Below are positions 25,473 through 38,100 of a DNA stretch of 60,781 bases, piece after piece. Source of the DNA: Nemertoderma westbladi (lineage: Eukaryota > Animalia > Xenacoelomorpha); contig JAUCBJ010002494.1 in assembly GCA_032718475.1 (NCBI GenBank), positions 1 to 60,781 of the forward strand, read 5' to 3'. A program made the translations under genes and the position numbers. The notes below the pieces were generated by a model that saw nothing but the letters and a program-made list of their open reading frames with translations, made no database searches and was not told where the DNA came from. Position 1 is the first letter of the stretch; each line of letters opens with the position of its first letter.

Positions 25473-28119
25473 AAGTTCAGAGATGGCGGATATACATTAC
25501 ATCATAATATGGCATGGCAGTCACGTGAAAACAAGGGCCTTCACATTCCCAATTCTCTATCTAATCTATTATGGTTGTGCGAAATGCTCAATACTACTTT
25601 ATGATATTAATTCATTCACGTTTAACATTAACAGCCACGTTTCATCACCCCCCCCCCCCCCCCCCCCCCCCTCCCCTTCCAATGTGACAAACTATCACGA
25701 TGTGTTGGCGTTGGGCCCCGTCCCTACGTCCACCCTCCCTTGTGAAGGGCTAGGGGGGACTTTCGACCCATCATTACTAAAGGGTAGTGATAATATTCAA
25801 AATAAGTTTTCCCATGTATACGTAATTTTATTCTTAAATAGGTACTTGTTTGTTCCTAAATTCTGCCTAAATGCTGCCTTACTCAATGTTAAATAATTTA
25901 TTGTTCTCGAATATTTATTTCGTAACTAGGGAACCGCTTAACTACAAACCAATATTGGATATGGAGTTCCGTTTCGAAGTTCGCCTTGCAGAGACTAAAG
26001 TTGCAATAACTTTTGAGTGTGTGAATGTAATTTACTCAAATAGGGTAGGTGCGCGAAAAAATAATTGGGCTAGAAGTATTACGTGCAAACCTTTTAATTT
26101 CGATGCTCTTTCAACACAACTAATAAAATTAACCAAAAATATTTTTTTTCACTCATTGTAATTATATTTACTGTTTGCTTAATCTGTTTGTGTTTATATC
26201 TGTTTATGTGCAGTATTTAGTGCCCTACGTCAAAGAAACTAATATATTTATAGCATTATTTACATTTCTAATTAAATTAAGTTGGTGTTATTATATTCAT
26301 TTATCGGAATTTATATTATTGGAATTTATTATTCGTTTATGCATTCTAGTTAATTAATTGATATAATTAACGACATAATTATGTAAATAAAAATTGTTAA
26401 ATGAAACAAATCTTTGTTTCGGTTTATAATTGACAATTGCACACCCTCACAATCACTTCAAATTGAGAGTTAAAGTGATTGACATTTTGTTAATGAACTA
26501 CGCTTTTGTAAGGCATTGGCAAATTCCAACAAATTCCGATGGCGTCAAACATCTTCAGACAATTTCAAACAGTTTCAGACAATTTCAAACAGCTTCAGAC
26601 AACTTCAAACAACATCAGATAGCTTCCAACAACATCCAACAGAAATTTCAAACACTTTCAGACGGATTTCAGACAGATTCAGATGGGCTCCAACAGACTA
26701 AACTTGTTGGAAATATTTTCTCCAACAGAATCAAACAGTACTAAATCTCCGTAGGTTAGGGTTAGCATTGTGCTTGTTTGAAGCTGTCGGAGTGTGTTGG
26801 ATCCGATCGGATCCGATGGCACTCTGTTGGTGAGCGGGACTGTAGATGTGAAGTCATCTTATCTGCAGAGCAGCGTGAAAGAGGAGATATACGTCGATCA
26901 ACCAGAAGGGTTTGAGAAAGTTTGCCAAGATAGTGAGAAACTTTATTGTAGATTGAAGAAATCGCTTTATGGATTAAAGCAAGCTGGGGCTAACTGGAAC
27001 CAAGAGTTAAATGCTTTTCTTGTTGGATGGAGTTTGACAAGGTGTAAATCAGACTACTGTTTGTATACAGATAACCATCCTGATGCTGAGAGACTAATGG
27101 TAGTGGTTTGGGTGGATGATATTGTGATAGCAGGAGCTATTGCGGCTGTGGATAATTTCATTATATCTTTAACAACAAAGTTTGAAACTGATGATAGAGG
27201 CGAACTCAGGTGGTTCTTGGGAATGCGAGTGCTTCGTCCCAGTGCTGAACTAGTAACGATTGACCAAACAAATTATATTGAACGTTTAGTAAGGCGTTTT
27301 GGACTTGGAGACTGCAAACATGTCGGCACACCTTTAGCCGAGGGTAACATACCTCAAAAGAACACGGGATCAATCAATCCACAGTTAGCCGCAAAATATA
27401 AGGCATTAGTTGGGGGGGTTTGTTGTTCATCGCTACAAATACGAGACCCGATATTAGCTATACAGTGAGTACATTGGCTAAGTTCTGTAGCAACCCGACT
27501 GATAACCACTGGACTGCAGCAAAACGATGTGTTAGTATCAGATCAAAGGATGATAAACTGACATTCAGACGAGATCCTGGAGGTTTGGAACTATGAGGGT
27601 TCAGTGATGAGGATTATGCCGGTGACGTTGATGATAGAAAGTCAACAGGTGCATATGTATTCAAGTTAAGCGATAACAGTGGGGTAATATCGTGGGCTTC
27701 TAGGAAACAACAAAGCGTAGCACTTTCAACAACAGAGGCCAGATTTGTGGCGTTATCTAATCAGGAGACTACATCATTAAGAACACTATTGGGGGAGATG
27801 GGAATCCCACAGAGAGAACCAACAACTGTCTATGAAGACAATCAAGCCGCGATCTCTATGAGCAAGAATCCCGTAGTGCATCGAAGATCGAAGCACATTG
27901 ATGTAAAGCATTGCCATCTACGGGAACTCGTCAGTGAGGGGGTGATAAAAGTTGTTTATTGCCCAATGGAGTATATGTTAGCAGACCCACTTACTAAGGG
28001 TCTATCTAAGACTAAGACTGATCATCATAGAACTGTCCTATTGGGAAAAAGAGTAAACTATGATTTAGATACTGATTTAAATACTGTAAATAAGACTGCC
28101 ACATTATGGCGAGTGGGGG

Positions 28120-29316
28120 TGTTAATATTCGCCATAGTGGCTATGAAAGATACTGTAGGTGATTAATTAGGACCTAAGGTCCTCCTGTTATCAGTAGTCA
28201 GTATATCCTTCTTACCATACCGGTAGTAGAAACTATGTAAGTACTGTCAGTACCGGTGTCACAAGGAAATCAGCCCCCCCTAGAATATGCCCCCCGGGGC
28301 ATTATTTCCTAGGATATTATGTCCCCCCGGGCAATTTTTCCTAGGAAATTTAGCCCGGGGGGGCATTTTCTCCTTAGGAAATAATGCCTCCCCTCAGGAA
28401 AATTAGCCCCCCTCAAAAGTCTGAAAACTGGTACGATACCGGTCTGCTGGTAGCCACTTTTAATCTACCAACTGCAGAACTTGTAATAGTTGGAAGAATA
28501 GTACGGTACCGGTCTGCCGGTAAGTAAGCAGGTAAGGCAGTAAGGGATGTAGAACAGCATACTGAAGTATCTAAGTCAGTAGGCTACTGTAGTAAGTACT
28601 GGTATAACAGCAGTGCGAGTGTGTGGTGTTGTGTGGGCGCCGAGCAGCTCCAAGCTTTTTTAAGTCTGTAACCTGCTCCTTTCCCTGATTTGGTAAAGTG
28701 ATTGTTTATTGTTTTGGTTAGAAAATCCCGCCTCTGTAACCTGCTCTTTTCTCTCAATTGGTAATGTTATCGTATGTTGTTTTGGTTAGAAAATCCCGTC
28801 TCTGTAACCTGCTCCTTTCCCTGATTTGCTAAAGTGACTGTTTATTGTTTTGGTTAGAAAATCCCGCCTCTGTAACCTGCTCCTTTCCCTCAATTACTTA
28901 AATGATCGTTTATTGTTTTGGTTAGAAAGGCATGCCTCTGGAACCTGCTCCTTTCCTTCATTTGGTAAAGTGACTGTTTATTGTTTTGTATAATTTTTGT
29001 AAGTTTTAGTAGTAATAAGTTTTGTTTATTGTATAATTCAGGGGGGGCATAATTTCCTAAGGGGGGGGCATTTTTTCCTAGGGAAATTTGCCCGGGGGGG
29101 CATTTTTTCCTAGGAAAATATCCCCGGGGGGGCATATTTTCCTGTTACACCGGTAGTGGTTCGTTTTTGTGCTACTGCACTTTCTGTCTTAACTTCTGAC
29201 TGCATTATGCAGTTGTGTTTGCTGTTTTGTGTTTATTCTATTATGTGAAGGTCTGTTATGGATATTAACCACCTGTCAGGGTTTTGCTGCCGACTTAAAA
29301 ACCTAATACTGCAACA
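28120..29316 (+). repeat. Copia 3' LTR interrupted by a MITE
   Basis: Matches the 5' LTR on both sides of the 28257-29149 insert. Confidence 0.95.
28257..29149. mobile_element. Non-autonomous TIR element, Ginger-like
   Basis: TGT..ACA termini, CCGG duplicated (28253-28256, 29150-29153), GC-rich subterminal inverted repeats, internal ~68-bp tandem repeats (~28666-28990). Confidence 0.65.
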
Positions 29317-30402
29317 CACAATTTGTAAACATAAAAAATATAGAAAACAATTCATGAAAGCAACAGATAATTGAAAAACTAATACCAGAAATAGATTCTC
29401 CATAATTTTTTACCCCAGAAATGTGTATGTTTATCGTTCAAACTGGTTACCAGAAACAAAAACAACATGGTCTTCGCTAGCGAAGTCTGGTTTTACCCTG
29501 TGCCAGTCCTTGCTTCAGTAGTCCACCATGGATTCAACACTAACAATACTGGAATACACTACAATACCAGAATAGAGCAATACTACTGTGGCCTACTGTG
29601 CCTCTACCAGTGTACAAGAGGCTGACCATTAAAACAAGGATAGAGCTGAGCTGCATTCTGATTGGTTTCTGTTCCTTGGATGCCCGGCAACAATGCTTTC
29701 TGCCTAGAAGTACACTATCAATTTATTATTCGGCAGCATAATAGGTAAAATTGAATCCTGATCATTTTTTCACGGTTTTCCGGGGGTTACGGTGTTTTAT
29801 GACTGCCAATTCAGAGAAATACATGTCTTAAAGTTCCTGCTGATCAATATTTTCACTGTTTTCCGGGTGTTTTACACTGTTTTTCATATGTTTTCCTAGT
29901 GTTTTACTGTTTTACTAATGTTTTCCGAATTTAGAATCATCCCAAGTTTAAAAGATGCCGCCCCCGCTAAAATGCATATTAAAATCTATATTTTGAACTA
30001 TATTTTCTATAAATTTTTATTTATTTATTTATATTTTTTTATATATTTGAACTATATAATTTCGAACCCATATTTTAACGTAAAACACGGGAGACTATGG
30101 GAATGGTTGAATTATTATGGATTTTTGCACACATAGGGCCTACATTTCTTATGATGTTTTGCAGACACCCTACAGACAGAATTTCAAATTTTAGATGTAA
30201 ACTTGTTTAATAACAAAATATGTTCCAAATTTGGGTGTTTTTTGACAAATTTTGAGTTACCAATTTGAAAAATCACAGCTAAAATCAAAACGAAACCAGT
30301 TATAAAAATGTTGTCTGTACGGATGTTATATATTACTCTTCTACACGTTTATTATATTTATACTGTATATATTTATGTAACTAACAATATTATACTTTTT
30401 AG

Positions 30403-30601
30403 GCACAATTTCAATATCAAGAACATAGATTCTTTGGGAAGTCCATATGAGACAAAATCAATAATGCATTACCATAGTTTCGCGTTTTCTGCATATGGAA
30501 ATTTGCCTACTATGATTACTGTAGATTTGTCGTTGATAGATTGGAATGATGAACCGACTGAAGAAGACCATCGTCAGTTAAATTTGTACTATGGATGCTA
30601 A
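30403..30601 (+). CDS. Astacin metalloprotease terminal exon
   Basis: tttAG|g-HNF..LGSPYETKSIMHY (Met-turn)..LNLYYGC*; phase matches the previous exon. Confidence 0.9.
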
Positions 30602-31170
30602 ACTCAACTATCCTAACGGTTGAAATCCCAAAATGGTGATGGGAAGTTGTACATTTAATTAAACTATTCTGTACAAGTATAATACTTTCTGTGCAGCATA
30701 TTTTTAGAGTAAATGTGGGTTACAAAGAGAACGAAAAATATTTAAATTATATACATTATTAGTGTATAATATTATGAAGCCATACATCAGTAATACTGTA
30801 CGTCACAAAGGCACAGAACTCCACTTCAGCAACAGCACTTCACAGTAACAGAGCCAACAAAAGAGCACCCTTTTTAGACGCAAGACCCACCAGTCACATA
30901 TCAGAGTACTTGCCATTGAATGATTGGCACTTTATAACTTTAGTATATTTAATCAATTAACTGTACCCAATTAAGGGTCTACTTAAAATTGCACAACTCC
31001 AGTATACAGTACTTAAATTAGACTAGACATGAATTTATAATTATTAAATACAATTACCGGATTATAATATAACAGAATGGCCCAGCAGAGCAAATATAAA
31101 CAATAAACCGTTCAACCATTATAATAGTAATAATATCGATTATTTAGAAATTGAAATTTATAACAAGCAC

Positions 31171-32131
31171 TTAATTAATTAATAAAGTGTTTCTTCTCAA
31201 AAAAGCATAAATTATAAATAAGCCTATATTCACCATTTTTTTAGCAGAGTCTTTATATAAACATGCATATAATTCGGATAATTTTATTTTGGTGTGGTAC
31301 CTTGAGAAGTAATTTCCAAGATATTTTACTCTCAACTCTGAGTAAGCACTGCATTCTAAAAGGAAATGAAACTCATCTTCTATACTATCGTTATTGCACA
31401 TTTGACAAAATCGGTTAGAGCGTTCTATATTGTACCAACGACCACGCTCAACTTCTAACTGATGAGATGAACACCGAATCTGTGAGATGCGTTTGCGCAG
31501 TATTATGTGATTACGTAATGTATCAAGGTACGGTATTGCACCAAAATGTGAAACAAAATAAAGGTTACCCTTCGAGCTATTACCAATTTCACTCCACCGC
31601 AATTGTTTGTATTGGTCCTGTAGCCGCAATTTGATTTTCGAAATAAAATGTCTTGCCGGCACATCAACTGATTGCTGATCCCACACATAGTTATAACCAG
31701 TGGTGTATAAAATATCACGAAGATTTGACACCCAATTTTTAACTAGATTGTTGATTGACAGGTCATTGTACAAAACAGTGTACGCAACTTTCGGTAATCT
31801 ATCGCTATTCATATTCAGTACCTTTAACCATTATTTTATCGTTCTTAATTTTCTGTCAATAGATAATGGAAACGAACCGGTCTCGCAGTAAACTGCAAAA
31901 TTTGGAGTAGACATTTTTACACCAAGAAAATTTTTCAAAAAATTTAGTTGAGTGCGTTCCACTTCTATTGCAGTGTGGTGTCCCCACACTCCGTATGGGT
32001 TTAATTAAAGTATCAAATAAAAAACGACACGTATAACGGTAGTTTGCTAGCTTTGATGAGCGCCGCTGTCCCCCCATAGGACTAATGTTAAAATACTCTC
32101 TCTTGTAAGCCGATTTTCTGAGTAGATGCAC
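31171..32131 (-). mobile_element. CR1/L2-group LINE 3' fragment
   Basis: IRCSSHQLEVERGRW..RSNRFCQMC..IEDEFHFLLEC..Y..LR C-terminal CCHC motif. Confidence 0.8.
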
Positions 32132-32704
32132 TTGGACCCATATGTACCAATGTGGGTCCAGGGGAATGGATAATTAAATTCGTACTGTAAGTAATACTTT
32201 CTGTGCGACTTTTTTAGAGTAAATGTGAGTGAGAACAATTATGTTTACATTTAAAAGTTGTTTCTTATCCAATATACATCTGTCTACTTATAGCTGATAG
32301 TTTATGATTAGGAACACATTCAATGATATAAATATTGTAGAATGATTTGTATTAAATTGGGCTCTCTTTCTTTTAATTAGATACAGTAATGGGATATATT
32401 TCTTCGATTTTACTTGTATAGTCCGGAAATATTTTCAGTTAGTATACTGTACAGTATTACACCGTCTCCCTTAATATAACAACCATTTTAGCAAGTCGTT
32501 GGAGTCATTTTAGTTATTGGAGACCCCCCTTTCAAAAAAAATGTTTGTTTCAAATTTCAATCATATGTTCCGAGAAAGCACTGTGAGAAAAAAGAAAGAA
32601 AAGAAAGCACCGAGAGAAAACACTGTCGCACAGGATGGAATTATACATAGGATTTTAGCACTTCCGAATATAATACATTACAACTGCTGTGGAAACGGTG
32701 ATGT

Positions 32705-35070
32705 CTACCCATTAGGGGACATTTGTGATGTTGTACCTTGAATACAAAGGAAGTTTCCTCTGATCACGGCGATGTTTAGCCTCTGTTTTAGCCAGAATGT
32801 TTTGCGTGGCTCTCCTGTTGCTGCTGATATCTTAGCGTCTATCTCATGGATCATGTTTATTGTAGAGGGGGCCATATGACCCCGAAGTCTCGAAAGCCAA
32901 TGACTCAAAAGTGTACTGCTGGCCAATGCTGTGATATTTCAGCCGTTTCAGCTCTTCAGTAGATGCAGCCACCGATCCAGGTTCAACGGTGGAGTGGATG
33001 ACATTGCTCGTAACAAATGTGTCAGTACAAGTGGCATCCCAGACAAGACAGTGACCCTGTGAGTAAGGGAAAATGGTCATCCCATCTGGGCGTTTGCCAT
33101 CTCCTCTGTCAAACCCGTTGGGCTCCAATACAGAGAGGAAACCTGCGCTGGTCAGAGCCTGACGAATGGTATCATTAAGGGCTGCATGCCGAGATGAATG
33201 GCCAGCGCCGAATCGTCATTGGAGGGCATGGTGGCCATATATGTCTACGATAGACCCACACTTACAGCTATGTTGCGGATATACAGGGGCCCCTATCCTC
33301 AGGGCTGCTCCGATGCGTAACGACTCGGCATCGAGGTTTGTTCCCAATGATGGGATGGGGATTGTGTGTAGCCAAATGCCGCTTTTATGGCGAGATGCAG
33401 CCAGGAGGTGCACCATATCAACCTGGTTTACCTGCAACAGTAGATCCTGCTGGACTTTTGTAGCTGAGATGGTATTCCCATGCTTCCCATGCGTGCATTG
33501 CCTGGTGGTTCTTCACTGACTTGTACCTCTCTTTCCAGGTGGATATGGCATCACCCAGCTCACACGAAGTCTCCAATCCGGTTGTTTTAGAGATGATGGA
33601 GTTTATGAGATTGCAGGTCGAAAGGAGAGAGGAGATGAAACTTGGTGGAGACATGTCTTCAGCCTTACGGGCACTGAGGCCTCTGAGTCTGAGTGGCAGA
33701 GAAGCCTGGGACCAAGACTTGCATTCAAAATGTATGTTAGTGATTCTGGATAAGGTTTATTTGATTGTGAAATCCAGTTCTTAAAGGCCCGAAGCATTAT
33801 TGAATGTAGCAGAAGTAGGCTGGAGATATTGGAGCATCATCCAGAACACAGATATTAGGGAGAACTTTTCGAAATCCACTTATGGTACAGGGTATGTTCT
33901 GGTGAGTGGTTTAGTAGAATTAACTCAAATTTGGAATCATTTATTGTGAACCCCATCCTGGCAACCTCAGGAATGATTCTACTTATTCTCAGCCAACACG
34001 GTATCAACCAATAGTTCCATCATCCAAGAACCAAACATTAAGCTCTGATTCTACCAGTTGCGTGACAGGTACCTCTCCTAGGGCAAATAAAGCTGGACCT
34101 GATGGGTCACCCTGCTGCATGCCAGTGGCTGATGTGATAAAAGACCCACCGAAGAGGAGAGATGTCGGGCTGATCAGATAATGGCCTGAGGCCCACTTTG
34201 GTTACCAAATGACATAGAGTCTATTACCAACAGCAATTTGACAATGCCACCATCCTTATTGAGGATGGCATATAGGGATGCTACATAGAATACTGAAAGG
34301 GCAAATTCTGGTACATCACCATGCAGTGCCATGTTTGTGAAGTACGTCAGCTTGTTGAGTAGCCTATCACATGCAACTGATGTGCAATGACTTATCTTAT
34401 CACGTAAATGGCCAGGATGGAGGCCATCTGGTTCTGCAGCAGAAGCCAGGGGAAAAGATCTAATGTCAGCAGAAACCTCCTCCTTTGTAGAAATTCGGGG
34501 CTACATTATTGAGATATCAGGAGGGGGAGGGAACTCGATTCGTCTGGGGTTGGTGGGTGCTTCACCTTGTAGCATTCAAAAATCAGCAGTATGTTCTGTG
34601 AAGCTCCCTTGAGATGAAAGGATCCTAACTTCGCCCTTCACATCACCATCCATGAACTTAGCAGAAACCCATCTCTTAAGGTTCTCTAATTCCTCAGAAG
34701 CTGATACCTTCCCATTTTGTTTTTTGGTTGTTTGGGATGGGCAAACTAGAGCTGTCTGACATGTATTCCCTAATCTGGTGCTTAACCTTTGTAGCCAGCG
34801 ATGACTGTTTGTGATCCTGGACTTCTTTAGGTGGTTTGATCAAGGCACCATAGGGAAAAGCTAATCAACACAACCAAGGGATTGGTGATTGTTTCTCCTG
34901 GGCCTCTGTCAATAGTGTTGCTAGGGCATCAGCACCTGTAATTCTTACCCCTTTGTGGATTTCGGCAATTACGTGAAACAATTGCTTCAGCTTGGAGAAG
35001 TACTCTGGAAGATCATGTATAAGGGCATCTGTATCTATGGAGATTGTCAGGTTGGCCTTGGGTCCTTTGC
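32705..35070 (-). mobile_element. CRE-clade non-LTR retrotransposon (RT plus restriction-like endonuclease), decayed
   Basis: GMQQGDPSGP and WFLDDGT RT motifs; CKCG..D.YGHHAL zinc finger; RH..LN, RPDG, LVWDAT, E..K..KY, FET.G endonuclease motifs. Confidence 0.85.
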
Positions 35071-35189
35071 AGCTACCCTAACAAGTTCCATAGAACCAAG
35101 TAACCAGATTGGCTGCATCATGTCTCTGGAGACTGACACAAAAGAGATGGTGCCGGGTATTACAATGAGCAATGAGATTCCTACGAACG

Positions 35190-38100
35190 TTATTAGTTAA
35201 TTTTCTTACAAATTTTGCATTTTTAAACAACCTTGATTTTTTTTTAACCTTATATGTATTTCTTTGAGTAACTTTTGCTGCTCGAGTTAGATATAGACGT
35301 GTACGGTTTGGATGAACGATGTTATGTTTATCTGATTGATTTGTCTTTATAACATTGTTATCATGTGGTTGTATGATGTCCTTGGTTGATTTGACATCTT
35401 CACTGGCGTCTTTGTTTTCTAGGTTTATATTTTTTAATTCATCAGCGTCTGTTATTTCCAATGGAATGATCTGTTTCACAGATGTTGTTAAGGACCTAGA
35501 TCCTTTCTTTCTCCCGCATACTGTAATTTTCACTGCTCTGCATTTACCATCTCTACTAATTATCATCTCCTCCACACGACATAATTTCCACATGCATTGT
35601 GGAAGCTGTCTGTCCACCAATAGACATATATCTCCTTTTTTCGGAATCCTGTGACCTACTAAGGAATGTGCTGGAGTTAAGCACTGATAGTTAGTTGTCA
35701 CTGTTATCATCTGATACAAAGATTAATGGACGACTATTCACTGAGGCTTCTACTGACACAATGAAGGTTTGTAATTCTTCATACGTCAATATGCTTCATC
35801 CGATAACCTTCTTCAAACACACTTTCATGGTTCCTACTAAACGCTCGATGAAACCATAAGCTGCAGGATTTAAAGGAACATTGAACTCCCAATCAATGCC
35901 TAATTTGCCAAACTCATCAATAACTGTTTTGTATTTTTGGACCTTTTGTATTGCTTCGATTTCTTTCCATGACTTTTTAAATATCTTGGAATTATCCGAC
36001 AAGATTAGAGATACACCATCTCTAATCTTGTCCCTCTTATACCTATAAATCTGTGGAATGCGGCTATAAATGATTGATGACTTAAATCATACATTAACTC
36101 TAAATGGATGGCGCGAACTATTGCGCAAACAATTAAATATATATATACCTTTGTAGTTATAGTGTCAGTAATTGAATGAGTTACCGTTAAGGGACCACAA
36201 AAATTAATAATAAAAATTAAAAATAATAAAATTCCAACATGTTCGAATACACCAACTTCTTGCGTAATTCTTTCCAATGGCAAAGGGCTAATTGCAGGAC
36301 AAGTATATGTCTTTCCTTGAACATATTTGCATGGTATACAACCTTTGATTATTGTTTTGATTTATTGACGACCTCGAGGGATCCAAAATTTATCCATAAC
36401 TTGAACCAATGTTTCACGAACCCTAGAATGCATTACCATTTCGTGAGCCTCTTCAATGACTAGTTTTGTGAAGTCATGATTTGTCGGTAAAACAATAGGG
36501 TTATTTGTTTGCCATGACCCAAATCGACCTTGTATACAACCCTTGGACCGAATTATGTGGTCGTTATCCATGAAAAGATTCAGTTGTTGAACCAAATTTG
36601 GACATTTTGTTTTTGCTTTGCTCCTCGGAAATTTAATTTCCTGTGGAAAACATTCCTGTTGTATTAATTGGAGATTGTTTTTTCGGCGTTTTTTAAATCT
36701 CTTGAAGTCAACATTGGGTTACTAATAAATTCGAATGACTTGTCCCTTTTAGATTTTATGTTCTTGACAAACCTTAACACCCAGGATAACTTTCGAATTA
36801 ATCCTATTTTGTGGCTTGAATCGTTACAACCTAAGATTGATGTAGCTGGGGGTGAGACGGAAACTTCTCTATCCAACAGTGCCAGTGTTGTAATATAATG
36901 TATTTCCACTAAACTTGATTTTGACACATTATCTCTCGATATTATTGGATTATTTGGCCAGGTCTCTATCGGCGTTTTTAAAAATTCAGGTTCATTGAAC
37001 CATAATTTCGAATTGAGTAATGATTCTGCAGAAAAACTTATTGTTGGAAGATCTGCAGGGAAGATCTGGTGCTGGTTAATTGGTCCTGGAACATAACGCC
37101 AATTGATTGATATTACGGTAGAAATTTCGCGAATTTCCTTTACACGATTGTGCACAAATTGGTTGTATTTATTGCTGGACCCTACCAACCAATACAAAAC
37201 ATCCATTGCATCCATCCACATGTAGATCTTAGAGATTTTCAATCGTAATGATTTGTGTACAAATATTAGTAATCGCGCTAGAAGTAAAGATCCCATTAAT
37301 TCCTTTCTTGGTGTTGAGTGGCCCATTTTTGTGGTTTGCTGTGGGCACACCTTTGATTTTACGGTCAATAATTATACAGTAGTTGCTTAATCAGTGTACT
37401 GGTCTTTCACATAAACAACACCAGCATATAACTTATCACTGGCATCTGAGAATCCATGTAACTCAATTTGACTAATTTCTTTGCCTTTGTCAAATAAGTA
37501 CCAGGGTATAGAAATTTTGTTAACACTAACAATCCTTTCACCCACTTTCCCATTTTTCTTCGTTTGATTTAGGTAATGGATCATCCCATCCTAATTTTGC
37601 TTGACATAATGCCTGAAATGCAGGTTTGAATTGACTGGTGAATGGTATTAGTATTCCCATTGGATCATATATCCTTGTAGACAATTGTAATACGGCTTTG
37701 AATGTTTTCTTAAGGGAGTTCACAAATTCAAATACTGATGTCAGATTGAAACAAAGTTTGTCTGGTTCTATATCCCATCCTTGTCCTAAAACTCGTTTCA
37801 CCTTTTCTGTCTGAAGATTTGGAAGATTCATTGCCACTTTTACATATGTTTCATCATCTTCTCTTACATCAGTTTTATTCTTGGTTTCAAGGTGAACCTT
37901 TGTTGAGCTAATTGATATGTCCTGCAACTGTGCTTGTAATTGGTCTGAGTTTGATATCCATCTGCGGAGATTAAATCCACCTCGGCCAAGAATTTGTCTC
38001 GCTTCCTTAACGAATTGAAGACCTTCTTCTACTGTTTCTGCTCCCAAATTTAAATCATCTACATATAACTCTCTTAATTTTTCTATCACCTGAAATTGGT

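Larger units (their letters stand above)
22404..26842. mobile_element. Non-autonomous Tc1/mariner-type element in Copia RT
   Basis: TIR CAGTCC(A/C)GCTCACCAACAGAGTGCCATCGGATCCGATC, TA TSD; removal restores RQL-DVK; subterminal TTCAGACAG/TTCAAACAG repeats. Confidence 0.9.
18737..29316 (+). mobile_element. Full-length, disrupted Ty1/Copia LTR retrotransposon
   Basis: TG..CA LTRs, PBS GGTTATGGGCCCAG (19037-19050), PPT before 28120, TSD TACAA/CACAA; gag zinc knuckles, LDSG protease, integrase (IRSDGGGEF, TPEMNGVIER), RT (YKARYVARGFSQ, WVDD), RNase H (RSKHID). Confidence 0.95.
13906..29530 (+). mobile_element. P-element-superfamily remnant hosting nested insertions
   Basis: ~110-bp diverged inverted repeats (13906-14020 / 29410-29530), CATG terminus, 8-bp flanking duplication GATTCAAC (13898-13905, 29531-29538), internal THAP ORF. 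Confidence 0.7.
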
